Source: Catajapyx aquilonaris (taxonomy: Eukaryota). From it: DNA of 36,333 bases. Below, piece after piece: positions 1 to 11,599 of this stretch. The DNA lies in contig KZ539295.1 in the NCBI GenBank assembly GCA_000934665.2, positions 1 to 36,333 on the forward strand. Direction: 5' to 3'. A model generated the notes under the pieces. The model did not search any database. It was not told the origin of the DNA and was given only the letters and a program-made list of their open reading frames with translations. Made by a program: the position numbers and the translations under genes. The stretch's first letter is position 1; the number at the start of each line of letters is the position of its first letter.

Positions 1-845
1 ACAAGAGACAGACTGAGGGGGCAGCAAGCCATTTGGGAGGTATAGTGTGCGAAACCTGTGGACCTCTCAACAATTTCAAGACTTGTAAATAAATATGGAA
101 GTTTTAGTGGACTGGCAGTAGTTGAGGCCGCTGCGTACACTGCAGTGGTATGGTACAATGGTGGAGTCCAGGGGAAATTGAAGATCATGGAAGAAATGCT
201 AAGACTATGAACCTGGACTAGGAGATTAACAGAGTAGATGTAAATACAGAAGTGACTAATATGAAATTCTCTCTCAAAACTTTAAATGCAGTTTTCTCAA
301 AACTACATTTTTGTGCAGTTGTCGTAGCATAGCGCATGAACCGCTCCATGGATTGACATGAAGTTTGGAGGGAACATTGCTTGCATGTGTAGTTTAGGAC
401 TGAATTAACCAGAATTGAAAGGAAGATTCCCGTTTTTTACATATTTTTCAAAAATTGTTGAAATTTTGTGATATTTTTTTAAAAAATTAATAAATTTTGA
501 ATTTTTCTAAGTTGAAAAAATAAAATGCTCAATTTCAGAGATTTGGACCATAACCACATCCCATAAGTCATTTAAAGCCATGTTTATGTTTCCATGTAGT
601 GTGGTTCAAACCAGAGTCTACGACAATGACCATGATGCGACAAGATGCAGCATCACAGAACATTCCATGCAGCCACCTCAATAAATAAATTTTTTTTAAA
701 CTTTTTGTTGGAAATGGACCTCAAAAGAGTCCACATTATAACCTTGTTACCTATGAAGTCAATTGCTTTTTTTCTAATGAACAGTGAACCATGGAAGTTG
801 TTTAAATTTTGCTGGAAAAAAAATTGCCAAAACTAAGTTCTCCCC
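1..845 (+). mobile_element. Right end of a Kolobok-like DNA transposon with a transposase C-terminal remnant
   Basis: Frame 1 at about 73-200 reads ISRLVNKYGSFSGLAVVEAAAYTAVVWYNGG, resembling the K..F.G...V..A...AV..FN.G C-terminal motif of Kolobok/Mutator-like transposases. The segment ends CCCC|TTAA (TTAA at 846-849). Confidence 0.5.
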
Positions 846-849
846 TTAA

Positions 850-1066
850 TACAAGGCGCATCCAGAAACTACAGTCCGCTTACTTATTAGAAAAAAATAC
901 AAAGCACCCCCAGAATTAATATTAGGCACATCTGAAAGGTTCAACTGTCCACTTTTTTTCAGCATAGTTTCCAGCCAAATCAGGCATTTGTGATGGGAGT
1001 TGCAGAACATTTTGAATGCATACATCATAGGAGCTACTTTGCCGCCAGCCATTCCCCCCGCTGGAC
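850..1066 (-). mobile_element. Mariner 3' end: transposase C-terminus and terminal repeat
   Basis: Minus strand, across frameshifts, reads EWLAAK / SYDVCIQNVL / HHKCL / AGNYAEK, matching the mariner C-terminus (WL...FY..GI..L..R..KC....GDYVEK). Mariner-like terminus TA|CAAGGCGCATCCAGAAACT at 850. Confidence 0.65.
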
Positions 1067-2867
1067 CAAAGATAAGAGAATACACAGGATGGGCAATGCT
1101 CATTCTGCCCTCTGATTGGCTCCCGCCGGATGACGCGGCTGGTACACCGGCAGGCGCGGCAGTTCAAAAGGGCTGGAAGGAATCACGCGGACTTCTCGAC
1201 GGCAGCCACTTTCTGGTGTGTTTTGATCCAGTTCCCGTTTTTGTTGTTTTAACCGACGGTTCTGGATGCGGTTCAAATGTTCTTGTCCGAAAATGCAATG
1301 CAAATGGCGTTCTTTTGGTGGTGAGGATATTTTCCTTCCAACACTTTCCACCAAGTTCTTATTGCGTCGGGCTTCGTGCTCACGGAATCACCATGCAACA
1401 ACATAAAAGTTACGGCCCATTCCTTCACCATCTTCATAAAGTCGTAGAATCAGGTGCAGTGCTTTCTTCCATACTTAATAGGATAGTTTTATTTTATTTT
1501 GAAAACATACGTTTGATGCTCTCCTGCTGCAGGAGAAACTGAACTAACCAAGAGAGGTTGTGTAAGACGAGCACCAATAACAATGGTAGCTGAATGGAGT
1601 TTAGCTGTTTGGGATGAAATTCCCAGTGAACTTGTTAGCCTTCCGCTGTTGACGTGCAAATAGTTCGTCCTCTGGTGACCTGGCGTCACTATGGTCACAA
1701 ATTTACTTCTACTTTTCGTTCGCACCTTTAAGAAATATTTAGCGTTGTTTGCGAGAGGGTGCAACGGCAAAATAAATACGGGCATTACATTTGGCGAAAA
1801 GGGTGGATTTAATTGACTCACCGTACACATTTATCATGTCAAAGGCCCACCCTACATCAACATACACACATATATAGGGTACTCGTCACTGCTTCTCTTC
1901 AGCTCCTTTCAATCACTTACACTAAGTCTTGACTTTTATACCGCACTTCCGATAGAAAGTGTGAGAAAGTGCTATTTTCGAAGAGCTGGGAGCAATTTGT
2001 CCCCTATTTTGCACATCCTTTCGTAGCTAATTTTCCGGATCGCGGTAAATGCTCTTAAAATTCAAACTAAATGCCAGTATGCATATGCTGTAACATATTG
2101 TATATAAATAATTATTATATGTAACATACAGTATATACACTGTAATACCGATTATCCGGGTGCGGATTATTCGTGCGTCGCCAAAAAATGAAATTAAAAA
2201 GAAAAGTCTCAGACAATGTCAATATGTCCCGCAAACTAAGAAATACCGTATAAGACTTTTTCTAGAAGACAAATTTAAAACATATGTTAAGTTTCATTAT
2301 TTTGATTCAACCTGAGTTAAAACAGCCTATACACTAAGACGAACAGCAGCACATTAAAAACCTGTGAATGGCTGAATTTTTGAGTGTTTATGATTATTTT
2401 CCGATTATCCGTGTTTTCCGGTTATCCGGCAACAGCGCAACACCCGTGCAGTCATAAGCCCGGATAATCTGGAGTACAGTGTATAATGCAATATTAAAAG
2501 GGTAGCGTGATATTTGCCTGTCGATAAGACATGAATTCCATCATTGAATGCCCCAAGGCAATCGGTGGGGGGGTTGCTTTTATTGTAATTTAAAATGGTT
2601 TATTTCATAGAATAACAAACGAAAAGTAGTTTGCCCAATTCCTGATCGCCATAGGTTCATTGAAAAAAATATGTGATAAATCTGTAGTCATACATAGGGC
2701 CGTAAAGCGCCACATTCCCCGTCTGTAGGCGTGATCCCTTTAGCTTTGCGTTGGGAGCAAAACAAGAGGTGTACCAGGTGACGTCACACAGGCTCGTGAC
2801 GACAACACTTTTTTCCCGCGCATCGAGTATTGCGCTTCCTGGCCTACGGCCTATTCACTGTTCCTTG
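1067..2867 (-). mobile_element. Non-autonomous P-element-like insertion with 8-bp TSD and a possible THAP remnant
   Basis: CGCTGGAC is duplicated at 1059-1066 and 2868-2875. Imperfect TIRs CAAAGATAAGAGAATA and (rc) CAAGGAACAGTGAATA match 12/16. Minus strand 1180-1420 gives frameshifted MGRNF...VESVGRK...KNAIC/LHFRTRTF, THAP-like. Confidence 0.65.
2138..2481. mobile_element. pogo/Tigger-like MITE nested in the P-like element
   Basis: TIRs CACTGTAATACCGATTATCCGGG and (rc) CACTGTACTCCAGATTATCCGGG, TA on both flanks, internal GATTATCCG repeats. Confidence 0.75.
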
Positions 2868-2990
2868 CGCTGGACTGCCAACTCCTCGTCATCATCAAAT
2901 CTCTACTTTGCATGCCATTTCTTCATGCCCATGGGCAGGTGGTAATCGCTAGGCTCTACATCCCTGCTCTAAGGAGGGTGATCAAACCAT
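2868..2990 (-). pseudogene. Mariner transposase remnant (YSPDL motif region)
   Basis: Minus strand reads FDHPP*SRDVEPSDYHLPMGMKKWHAK*RFDDDEEL, a decayed HPPYSPDLAPSDYHLF..MKK....RF..DEEL. Confidence 0.8.
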
Positions 2991-3532
2991 TCACTTATTG
3001 TGCATCTGAGAGTTTCCACTGCGTATGACATGAGAGGAGGGTCACATAGATGGTCTCAGGATCAAGCCTGGACACTATATGAACTTATTCACTATCACAT
3101 TTACATCTCGTCCCCCAAATGACAAAGCAAGCGAATTTTTCTCAGATCCTTGCAAAAACGCGAAAAACCACCCGGTTTATTAGGGTTAAAATGACCCTCG
3201 CCTCGCAATTTCCAAGTTATCACAAATTTGGAGCCAAGCTCCTTGTATAAAGTAATATGTAATTAAGTAACTGAATTCTTGTAGCATAAAAAATATTAAA
3301 GCCAGGTTTTTCCATTACGATAAAAATGAGACCTAAAAGTAGCAGCATTTCCTCGCTTTACTTTTATTCAAATTTTATGAAGGCTCAAATACAGTATTTC
3401 ATATGCAGTATTTACTTTGCCTCCTGTTGCTCGTTCCAAAAAATTACTTAAAAAAAAGTGAAACCACGTGAGAAAACTAATCTACCCTGCAGTTGTGCAT
3501 AATTCCTGCTCATCAAGTATTTGGTCAATGTA

Positions 3533-3853
3533 CAATGCTGGACATTATTGGTGTGGTTCAGTGTTGGTCATAAATCGAGGCAACTGCCAGCGACATTTTC
3601 CGAAGCGGCAGAAGAAGGAATCTTGCTTGCCGGGCTTGTAAGTATGCTTATCTTCGATTCCTTCTTCTGCCGCTTCGGAAAATGTCGCTGGCAGTATGCC
3701 TCGATTAATGTCCAACTGGTGGCGCCATGAGCGGCTGGCAGCAAAAGAGCAAACAGAAGCCATGAATCAGTTGCTAACTCATCATTCACGTCACTCTTTT
3801 GCTGCCATCAGCTTGTGACACCATCAGTACTACACTATTGATGTCCAGCGCTG
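3533..3853. mobile_element. Palindromic MITE of the CAGTGCTGGACATTAAT-terminus group (TA TSD)
   Basis: TA|CAATGCTGGACATT ... GATGTCCAGCGCTG|TA, with imperfect internal arms. Confidence 0.65.
3559..3718. mobile_element. Nested hairpin MITE with about 50-bp near-perfect arms
   Basis: AATCGAGGCA(T)ACTGCCAGCGACATTTTCCGAAGCGGCAGAAGAAGGAATC at 3573-3622 and its inverse ending at 3706. Outer ends resemble CAGTGTTGGACATTAAT. Confidence 0.8.
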
Positions 3854-4237
3854 TACATGATCTTCAGTATTCACCGGTCCTGTTTCAGTCAGGCAAGTGA
3901 CCCTGGTTTTTCCCATTACTAGTGATTCAATATGCCACTCAGAAAACCATTACAAAATACGTACATAAAAGTTTCTCAAGCAAGTCCAATCCCCTTTCCT
4001 GCTCTCAATTCTGCAAAAAGTTTCTTTACCAATGACTAAGGAATTTTGATTTAATTGGAACTGTGCACTACACAAGATGACCCTATCATCTTCCGCAAAT
4101 CACGCACGTCAAATAAAATAGGCCAAATCTTGTTTCAGTCACACTTATTACAAAATGGTGTCTCTTGAAAACAATTGGTGGTAATATTTAAACCACTTTC
4201 CTGCATACATTTCCCACTTAAAAGATTTCTTTGCAAA

Positions 4238-4560
4238 TGTGACGCCCAGTTGGCATGCACATGAGAAGCTACGAGTGACCCATACTAATTGGGTACACCC
4301 TGACCAGGTTCGGGCTTACGGTGGCCATAACCAGTGTGAGGAAGCACGTATAAAGTTCGCCTGTCTCGACTACACCCACAATGACAACCCCCTCACTATA
4401 GGTATCCACCTGACCGTTAATCCGGGCGGCACACAAGGTGCTGGCCCAGACAGCAGACGTACTGGCCAGTTTGGTATATGTTGGCCGGCGCAGTGTGGTG
4501 GCCCATTCATCAACCATGATCGGCTGGTAACCAAATGAGTCGTTGCATCCGGCGGATCAC
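4238..4560 (-). mobile_element. Diverged LTR fragment related to the 21737-22751 gypsy LTR
   Basis: Begins TGTGACG (compare TGACGG at 21737). 4297-4345 aligns loosely with 21927-21978, and CCGGGCGG...TGCTGGCCCAGA at 4421-4450 matches the LTR motif. Right boundary uncertain. Confidence 0.55.
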
Positions 4561-4679
4561 ATTACCTCCGTTTAAACCGGACCTTTAAAATTTTTAATCG
4601 GACACTTAATGTTTTCATAATTCATTCGAGAGACTGGCAAACCATATAGAATAATATAGGATTTTTAAAAGGTGTGGAA

Positions 4680-4930
4680 GCCGTCTTTAAAAAACCACGT
4701 AGATGACGCAACAGGATGATGGCACCCCGTCTTGTGCATAGTTTATGACATGGTTGCTGCCCTCTATCGATATGCAGCGTAGGTTGGTATGTCTCACAAT
4801 GTTCAGCCCCCTCTTGTACATGAATCGAGAGCGAAACCAATGGTGCCAGATCCAGTTATTTTCACCTAGGGCACTCTTCTTAAACCACCACCCGAACCAT
4901 TCAAAATCGGGTGGGAGGCAAAGGCTTAAC
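4680..4930 (-). pseudogene. Possible Tc1/mariner-type transposase remnant
   Basis: YAQDGVPS then frameshifted LRHLRGFL, resembling FQQDGAP.H....VR.FL; otherwise very decayed. Confidence 0.3.
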
Positions 4931-5622
4931 AAATCCCAGAAAGTAGAGCTACCAAATCATTGAATATTTTGCTCAGTTTATGTGGAATCGCTACACACAG
5001 TGACTTAGCCCTCACTCTGACGTGCCTGTGGCTTTTGAAGAGATTGCTAAAATCACATTTCCCCCTATTATCGACATTCCCATACGTCTAATGAAGCTAG
5101 GCTTTTAGAAATAAAACTGCAATATGGCATGATACCTGGAGGTGCTTTGTTTCAAAGCCTGAGTTTCATGCCACCAAACCAAGTAATACAAAAGCTGAAA
5201 CAGAAATGCAAAGGTTAAACCAATTCGCACCTGCACAAAATGAAGTGAATGACCATCCCAGTAGGTAGCCCAACGTGCAGCAGCTGCCTCATGAGAGTGG
5301 TCCTTCCCAGCATAATGTTGGTTCACGACAGCAGCAGGCTGCAGTCGATTTCTTGCCCCAAGCTGGCCACAGCGATGATGGCATGACCTGAAAACAACGT
5401 CATATTAGGCATTGCTGTAAGGCAATTAACTCTGCTAATCACAATAAATATTTCTGGTAAATTTCAGGCTACAAGTTCATAAAAGTATCAATGCCTTACA
5501 TCTGGGGAACTTTGACCCCTGCCAATCATTTGATTCTTACACTGTTCAATTACTGCACTTCTCGCCATAATGCACATGCACCCTCGGATATGGAAGCAGA
5601 CCTCTTCCCCATGAAGAAGAGG

Positions 5623-5839
5623 CCATGGTAACGGAGACGGGAAAGTCCGACTTCAAGTCAAGTCGAGAGTTTCAAGTCGCTATGAGTTTAGACCTTTAAT
5701 CACACGTCCACTTCGTAATATTACTACTAGACCTGCTGCATCAAAAGTAAGTGGCCTAGTCTAATTCGCAGTCAGCTTCACATGTGTTACAGGACCATCA
5801 CAGGATATTGATCACGTAATGACCGTCTCCCTGCCATGG
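5623..5839. mobile_element. Possible small MITE
   Basis: Imperfect terminal inverted repeats CCATGGTAACGGAGACGG and (rc) CCATGGCAGGGAGACGG; no TSD recognised. Confidence 0.35.
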
Positions 5840-5933
5840 GAAAAACTGCCAACTTGAAATTAGCCAGCCAGACCACATGCATAACGTACATCAAGCAATA
5901 CTAACCCTTTCATGTTCAGAGGCCCCAGCGGTT

Positions 5934-7334
5934 TGTTTCTGAGCAAATTGGGTGGGCGCTAGTTGGCGGGACTTCGGGCTTTAACGTGACGGAGTTTTTT
6001 CCTCGAAATAATGCTTCTGGTGGCGGCCACGAGGGTTTTTTATAGGGTCAATCCAGCATGCCCGTCGCATTACGAACCATGTTTTCAAGTCCTTTTTCCT
6101 CCGTTTTGATACCCGTACTTTTCGGAAAAGGATGCCAGTGCATATACTCGCGGAATGTCCCGAGCCGCAAAAGTAAGCTCAAAATAAAACAAACGCACGA
6201 AATATGAAATGAGGGCATCGTTGCAGAATCTGTCGCAATAAAAGTTGCTCCATGAAATATTATACTGGATTTGTGACGAATGTGATGAGCCACATCTACA
6301 TAATGTGGTGTAGTGGGCTAGTGGCTAAGACTATAGTCATTTCATCTCTAGGATCCTGATTAGTGGGACAGCAAAATCCCGGGAAGGATTTTCTCATGTG
6401 GGCAGGTTGAGTTTAGATGAGCTATATTATATCTCCATATGCTCACCACGGTTCCTCCCATCTGAATTCTTGAATTGAATTAATCTGCCCAATGTCTAGT
6501 AAAATTGCTATACACACATATCATTAGGTAACCAATTATTAATATTGTTTAGCCATACGGATCATGATTACATATAATATCAAAATCGTTTGAAAACCTG
6601 TTTTGGTCCCTAGTTTGCTACCACTCGAGTAGATACAGTATATACCAAGTTGCCTGGGTTAATTTTAGGATGTGAACAGGCTTCAAGTGACCGCCAAAAG
6701 CAGCCTGCTATAAAAGAGGCCAGCCGCGACAAATCACAACTTTTGCTGCAAATTCACGAAGTTTTCTGCCTGCCCTCTGCCTAAAATGCACACTACTCCA
6801 TGCTGATTAATGAAACTATAAAAAATATATATATAATAATGCAAAATGAGCTCACTCATAAATTACGTAGGACCGAACAAGGACAATTTTCTTATGCCGA
6901 CTAATGTGAGCAATTACATTATGCAATATTTCATTGTGGTTGCAGAACCCTTCTAAACCTACCAGTTAGACGTGGCTCGTCACATCTGGCAAATATACAG
7001 TATAGTATTTCATGGACCAACTTTTATTGCGACTGATGCAGCATCAATGTCCTCCTTTCATATTTTGCATGTTTGTTTCATTTTGCGCTTACTTTCACGG
7101 CTCGGAACATTCCATGAGCATGGGGACATGCACTGGAGTCCATTGCCGAAAAGAAAAGAAAACTGCACAAAATGGACGTGAAAACGTGGTTCGTAATGCG
7201 ACAGGCATGCGAGATTGACCCTATTGAAAACCCTCATGGCCGCCGCCAGAAGCCTAATTTCCAGACAAAAAAAACTCGTCACATTAAAGCCTAAAGTCCA
7301 GCCAACTAGCCCCCACCCATTTTGCTCAGAAACA
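5934..7334. repeat. Inverted pair of a diverged 365-bp repeat (5934-6298 and 6967-7334)
   Basis: The arms align in reverse complement. ORFs 6048..6293(-) and 6972..7181/7012..7218(+) share peptides such as FHG.TFIATD and EN.VRNATGM.D. Confidence 0.9.
6307..6400 (+). mobile_element. Possible decayed tRNA-derived SINE head
   Basis: GTGGGCTAGTGGCTAAG resembles a Pol III A box; no convincing B box or cloverleaf. Confidence 0.25.
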
Positions 7335-7429
7335 CCTCATAATTAACACTGTACATAATTAAGTGCACCTTCACAAGATGGCGGTGTAGCAAACGATGGC
7401 GCACCACCAGCACCAAGCGGAGACACATG

Positions 7430-7601
7430 AATTAGCCTACTGTATCAGAGGAGTGCCATGAGTCTGGGTGGCTCTGAAAGCTGCAACAGCAAAAGAGAGA
7501 ATTGAAGCAATGAATTAGCAACAAATCTGTCGCTTCAATTCGCTCTCTTCCTGCAGTGGCTTATGATGCCACCAGTATTTCACCATTCCTGTCCAGCACT
7601 G
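7430..7601. mobile_element. Partial copy of the 3533-3853 MITE family
   Basis: Similar internal hairpin (GAGAGAATTGAAGC...GCTTCAATTCGCTCTC) and right end TGTCCAGCACTG|TA. Confidence 0.6.
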
Positions 7602-7605
7602 TACA

Positions 7606-8655
7606 CAGCTGAACATTAATTCCATTGCGCTACTAGTGACATCCACCTAGGCGGCAGAAGAACACATCGAAGTGATGGAGTGCAAGCCTTAAGAGTAAGA
7701 AGTGGTTACGTCATAGGCTGGGGGCAATCGAGTCCAGTCAGTGACGTCACTCAGGGGGGCCGTCCAGATGGGCCAACCTTAGCCGCGGCCGCGACGGTTC
7801 ACACGGCAACGGCCACGGGTCAGAAGTTGGCCAAGTTGGCCGACTTCCTGGAAGTTGGCTCGCTGCTTGGCCACGGCTTGGCCTCGGCGACGGATACTGC
7901 TCGTCACTTGTTTTTCGTCGCTGCCATGACTATCGGCCACTATTACAAATGCGGGTGGCTGTTATTAAAATATGTGCCCGTCTGAACGGGTACCATGGCC
8001 AGCCGTGGCTCCGCAAGCCAGGGCCACGGCCAGCCGCGGCTAAGGTTGGCCCGTCTGGACGGCCCCAGGGTCTACTGCTTCTTACTCTCACAGCTTGCAC
8101 TACGCTCCGATGTGCTCCCCTTCCGCCTTGGAAAATGTTGCTTGCAGTACGACTGAATTGACCAATTTCCAGTTACGTGTCTCCCGCGGCCAAATTTTCC
8201 CCGCCATCAAAATGGCGGCGTTATATGTGCAGAGGCGGGAATTCCCTGCCCATGTTAAATGGCCTCTGCTTGCTTGCGTCTGGTGGTCTGGCCCCAGGGC
8301 TGATCTTTCTGGTAATTTTTTTTTTTGAGTGACCAGGGACTGGACCTTCCCTTACCAGGTGCTTGAAGTGAATCGGCCCCGAGGCGAACTGCCCCCGGAG
8401 TAATTTTGTGAGCGGTGACCATGCTTCTCTCATTATCATCCGCCCTCTTAGGAACCTCCTCACTCCACAATAAAATGTCAACAAGATCTGCCCCGGGGCC
8501 AGACCCCCAGACGCGAGCAAGCAGAGGCCATTTAACATGGGCAGGGATAGGAAAGTCCCGCCTCTTGCTAGCATTTCACCGCCATCTTGATGGCAGGCCA
8601 AAATTGGCCGTGAGAGGCGCACATCTGGAAATCGGTCAATTAATGTCCAGCACTG
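7606..8655. mobile_element. Composite palindromic MITE made of two internal foldbacks
   Basis: Left end CAGCTGAACATTAATT, right end AATTAATGTCCAGCACTG|TA. Foldback 1 has arms at about 7617-7705 and 8072-8159. Foldback 2 has arms at about 8156-8322 and 8472-8641. Confidence 0.7.
7756..8066. mobile_element. PIF/Harbinger-type MITE
   Basis: 34-bp TIR GGGGCCGTCCAGA(T/C)GGGCCAACCTTAGCCGCGGC with 3-bp TSD AGG at 7753-7755 and 8067-8069. Confidence 0.85.
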
Positions 8656-9089
8656 TACTACAGGCCCTGATCAATAATTTTGTCGCTTCACAATGTATCC
8701 TGCAAACAAGTGGAATTAGCACTGTACTTACCAACTGGAAGCTGTTCCGATGCGTTCCGAAAAACATGTGGGTGGGCGTTCAGAACCCTACCAGGGAAAC
8801 ATGAAGGGATAAACCCAGTCGGGTGGTCCACTCAACACGGACAGGCGCCCACATTGAGGGGGGTACACAGTGAGCACTGCCACATCCAGCCCCTCAGTTC
8901 CGGTCCGCTGTGGTGGCTGAAGTCACGTCCATGCTGCAAAACAAAGCCCCAATGTCACAACCACGCTAGACAGGCCCACACACCTTCAAATCATGCACAG
9001 GGCAACAAAAGCATGCCCCAACTTGCGCAAAAAACATTCTCCCGAGCCCCACCCTGCTGTAAATACATTTCATGAGCTCGTTCTGCAAC

Positions 9090-9600
9090 CTCACCTGTTC
9101 TGGGGGCAGTGGAAGGGGGCCGGCCTGGCGTCACCGGGGCTGTACCTTCCCCAGTCCTGCTTGCTTCGTGCCGTCGTGGCCCTGCCCAGGGGCGGCCCTC
9201 GTGCGGGGCTTGGACCAGGGGCGCGCCCCTAGGCGGAGACCCGAGCCGAGCCATCCGCACCCTTCTTCTTCGCGTTCTTCGGAGGGGGATGGCGTCGATT
9301 AATCGATGCTGAAGACAGGATATCGATACTTGCATCGGGGCCATAAGAGGCCATGGCGGACACACGATGCGTCGCATCCGAATCGATGTATCGGACACCA
9401 GCGCCGCAGGGTGGACGGGAAGCGAACTACCGCGGAATCCATGCCCATCCATCATTTGGAAGGTTCGGTCGCTCCGCTGCGATGGTAGACGCCATCTTTG
9501 GTCCAATAGAGTGTCGGGCACAAAAGGGTGGGGGTTGGCACCCTTGGCAAATTTTGGTGGGAGTAGGGCTGGCTACCCTTGCCGGCGGGACAGAACGTTC
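9090..9600. promoter_or_regulatory. GC/CpG-rich island with DRE and YY1-like motifs
   Basis: CpG-dense against an AT-rich background. TATCGATA at 9321-9328, further ATCGAT sites, GCCATCTT near 9491 and CCAAT near 9504. Confidence 0.35.
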
Positions 9601-9603
9601 GAG

Positions 9604-9636
9604 AGAAGGAAGGAAGGAAGGAAGGAAGGAAGGAAG
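9604..9636 (+). repeat. (GAAG)n microsatellite
   Basis: Direct tandem run seen in the sequence. Confidence 0.95.
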
Positions 9637-11599
9637 TCTGAAGGCAAAGGGAAATGGTGGTGGGCGATGGGCGGAATAAGGAGAATAGGAGTGAGTGAGG
9701 CTTCATTTATTTTTTTTATTTTAATTTTAATGGCATCAGTCACCCTCTACTACTAACGTAATAACGTATAATGAATGTCGAGGGCAGGACGTGGTAGTAA
9801 AAGAACATTGCAAGTACCGGTATACTACCCGTTTAATTTATTTATACGTGATGATAACATTCCTTATTTTTGTCACCGTAATGAGATGTTATGGTATCAT
9901 TGGTATGCCACATCTGGGTATGCGGATGGCGAACTATGCAATTAGAAGTGCGATTTGTGAAAAAGGGAAAGAAGAGATGATGCAACGGACACATCCCCAC
10001 TGTCCGTCACACCTGTTTAATTTCAAGGTGATTAATACAATATGGCATTAAATTTAATTCATACATTAATATCACATTTAATTGCATTAATATGTAATTG
10101 ATTTTAATAAGTGAATGATGATAGAGTATGGAACAAATAATAAGTGGTGTCCACGGGTAATTAAGTTAGAGGAATTAGTTAAGCTTTGAGCAGTACTGGA
10201 AAAATGGCTCCAAATTTACGATATCAGGCAAGCTTCAGGGTCAGTATGGTTCATGATGATCCTGTGTTTTCTTGAATATTACACTGCATTTAGTAGGAAT
10301 AGAATGGTTAATCAGCTTTGATAATGAGCGGAGTTTGCACGGTTTCATCGGTTGTACCAGTTGTACCGAATCTGTGTGCATCTTTTGTTGTCTGGGAATT
10401 GACAATATAGTCTCATTACATGTATTGCCTATTTCGTTCCCACCCTTGCATACCAGTCACACTCCTCACAGTGCAAGACGGCTGCTGTGCTGTATGCATG
10501 CAGCTATAATGTCCTCCTTTGAAGGAATATTAATTTCTTACATTTCTGGAGAAGTAATAACTGCAGATCATAATTATTGATATGTTGAAGGTCCAGCAGA
10601 GTGGAGTCAAATACAGTGCTACACTACATCTATTGTTGTTAGTCAGTGACGTTCTGCAAGGTGACATCACTTCATTCTTAAGGACCTAATTATACGGTAA
10701 AGTAATGATACAGGCATTTTAAGATGGAAATGATTGTGAATAGTCCTGGTTATAGATAAGTAAAGGTACAAGTTAACAAGTTACAAGTCCATTAGGCCAG
10801 GGATGTCCTCCATAGTTGACCTCACAGTCCTTCTAGCAGAATAGAATGGACCGTTCTTCTACAGGATATGCTGCTGGTGATGGAGGGGACACATGTTATG
10901 GTTGCATCTTCAGTGTCCCCAGCATAGTTGCCAACACTTTTTCTTCTGCAATGCAGTGGTTATGGCGTGTTTGTGTCTGGACTTGCAGCTGTGAAGTTTG
11001 CAGAGAATTGCTGTGAAAGCACGTTTGGAAGTACGAAGCTTTGAAGGCATAGTTTGTCTTTGGTTTTTCCCCTTAGTTTATGATCAAGGATCCAACATGG
11101 TTAGGAGGAATGTGTGCTGTGGACCTCTTCTTCTATACGTTTGGAACAGTCGTGTGTTCAGACATCAGGAGTGGAACGTGTGTTCTTGTGAAATCTGTAT
11201 AAATTTATTCTAATGTACAGGTCATACATTGAAGAACATTGCATGCATGAACATTATTACAAGAATATGTTACTGCTGGGTAAAAATTCATTCCAATTCC
11301 AATTTCTGAGCTGATATTACTATGGGCCGCTCAGTGTCATCTCATATATCATTAACTGAGGTGTTCATCGAAGGTGATGATATTTTCCATTCCTTGCTTA
11401 AAATTCACATCTGTAATCAAATGATCAATGGTTAAAGTACCTGTGAAATACTCAAATGGTTTATTAACATTGTCATTATAATATATTGTTTTATGGCTTG
11501 CAATCATTGCTTTCTATTATGTAAGTTTGTTAGTGAGCCCAATATTGTTGATACTGAAAGGCCACTGCACAAGAGACAAATGCACACAGAGAGAAAACT

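Noticed and set aside
1000..1542. 180-aa plus-strand ORF as a gene
   Set aside because: It spans a mariner/P-like junction antisense to both remnants and has no recognisable domain.
5100..5400. NKTAIWHDTW as a transposon N-terminal motif
   Set aside because: A single weak motif with no supporting context.
6307..6380. tRNA gene
   Set aside because: Only an A-box-like sequence; no T-arm, B box or cloverleaf.
6048..7218. Paralogous small ORFs
   Set aside because: The similarity simply reflects the inverted DNA repeat; frames shift between copies.
7680..9756. Many overlapping ORFs in GC-rich DNA
   Set aside because: Expected from high GC and palindromes; no domain motifs.
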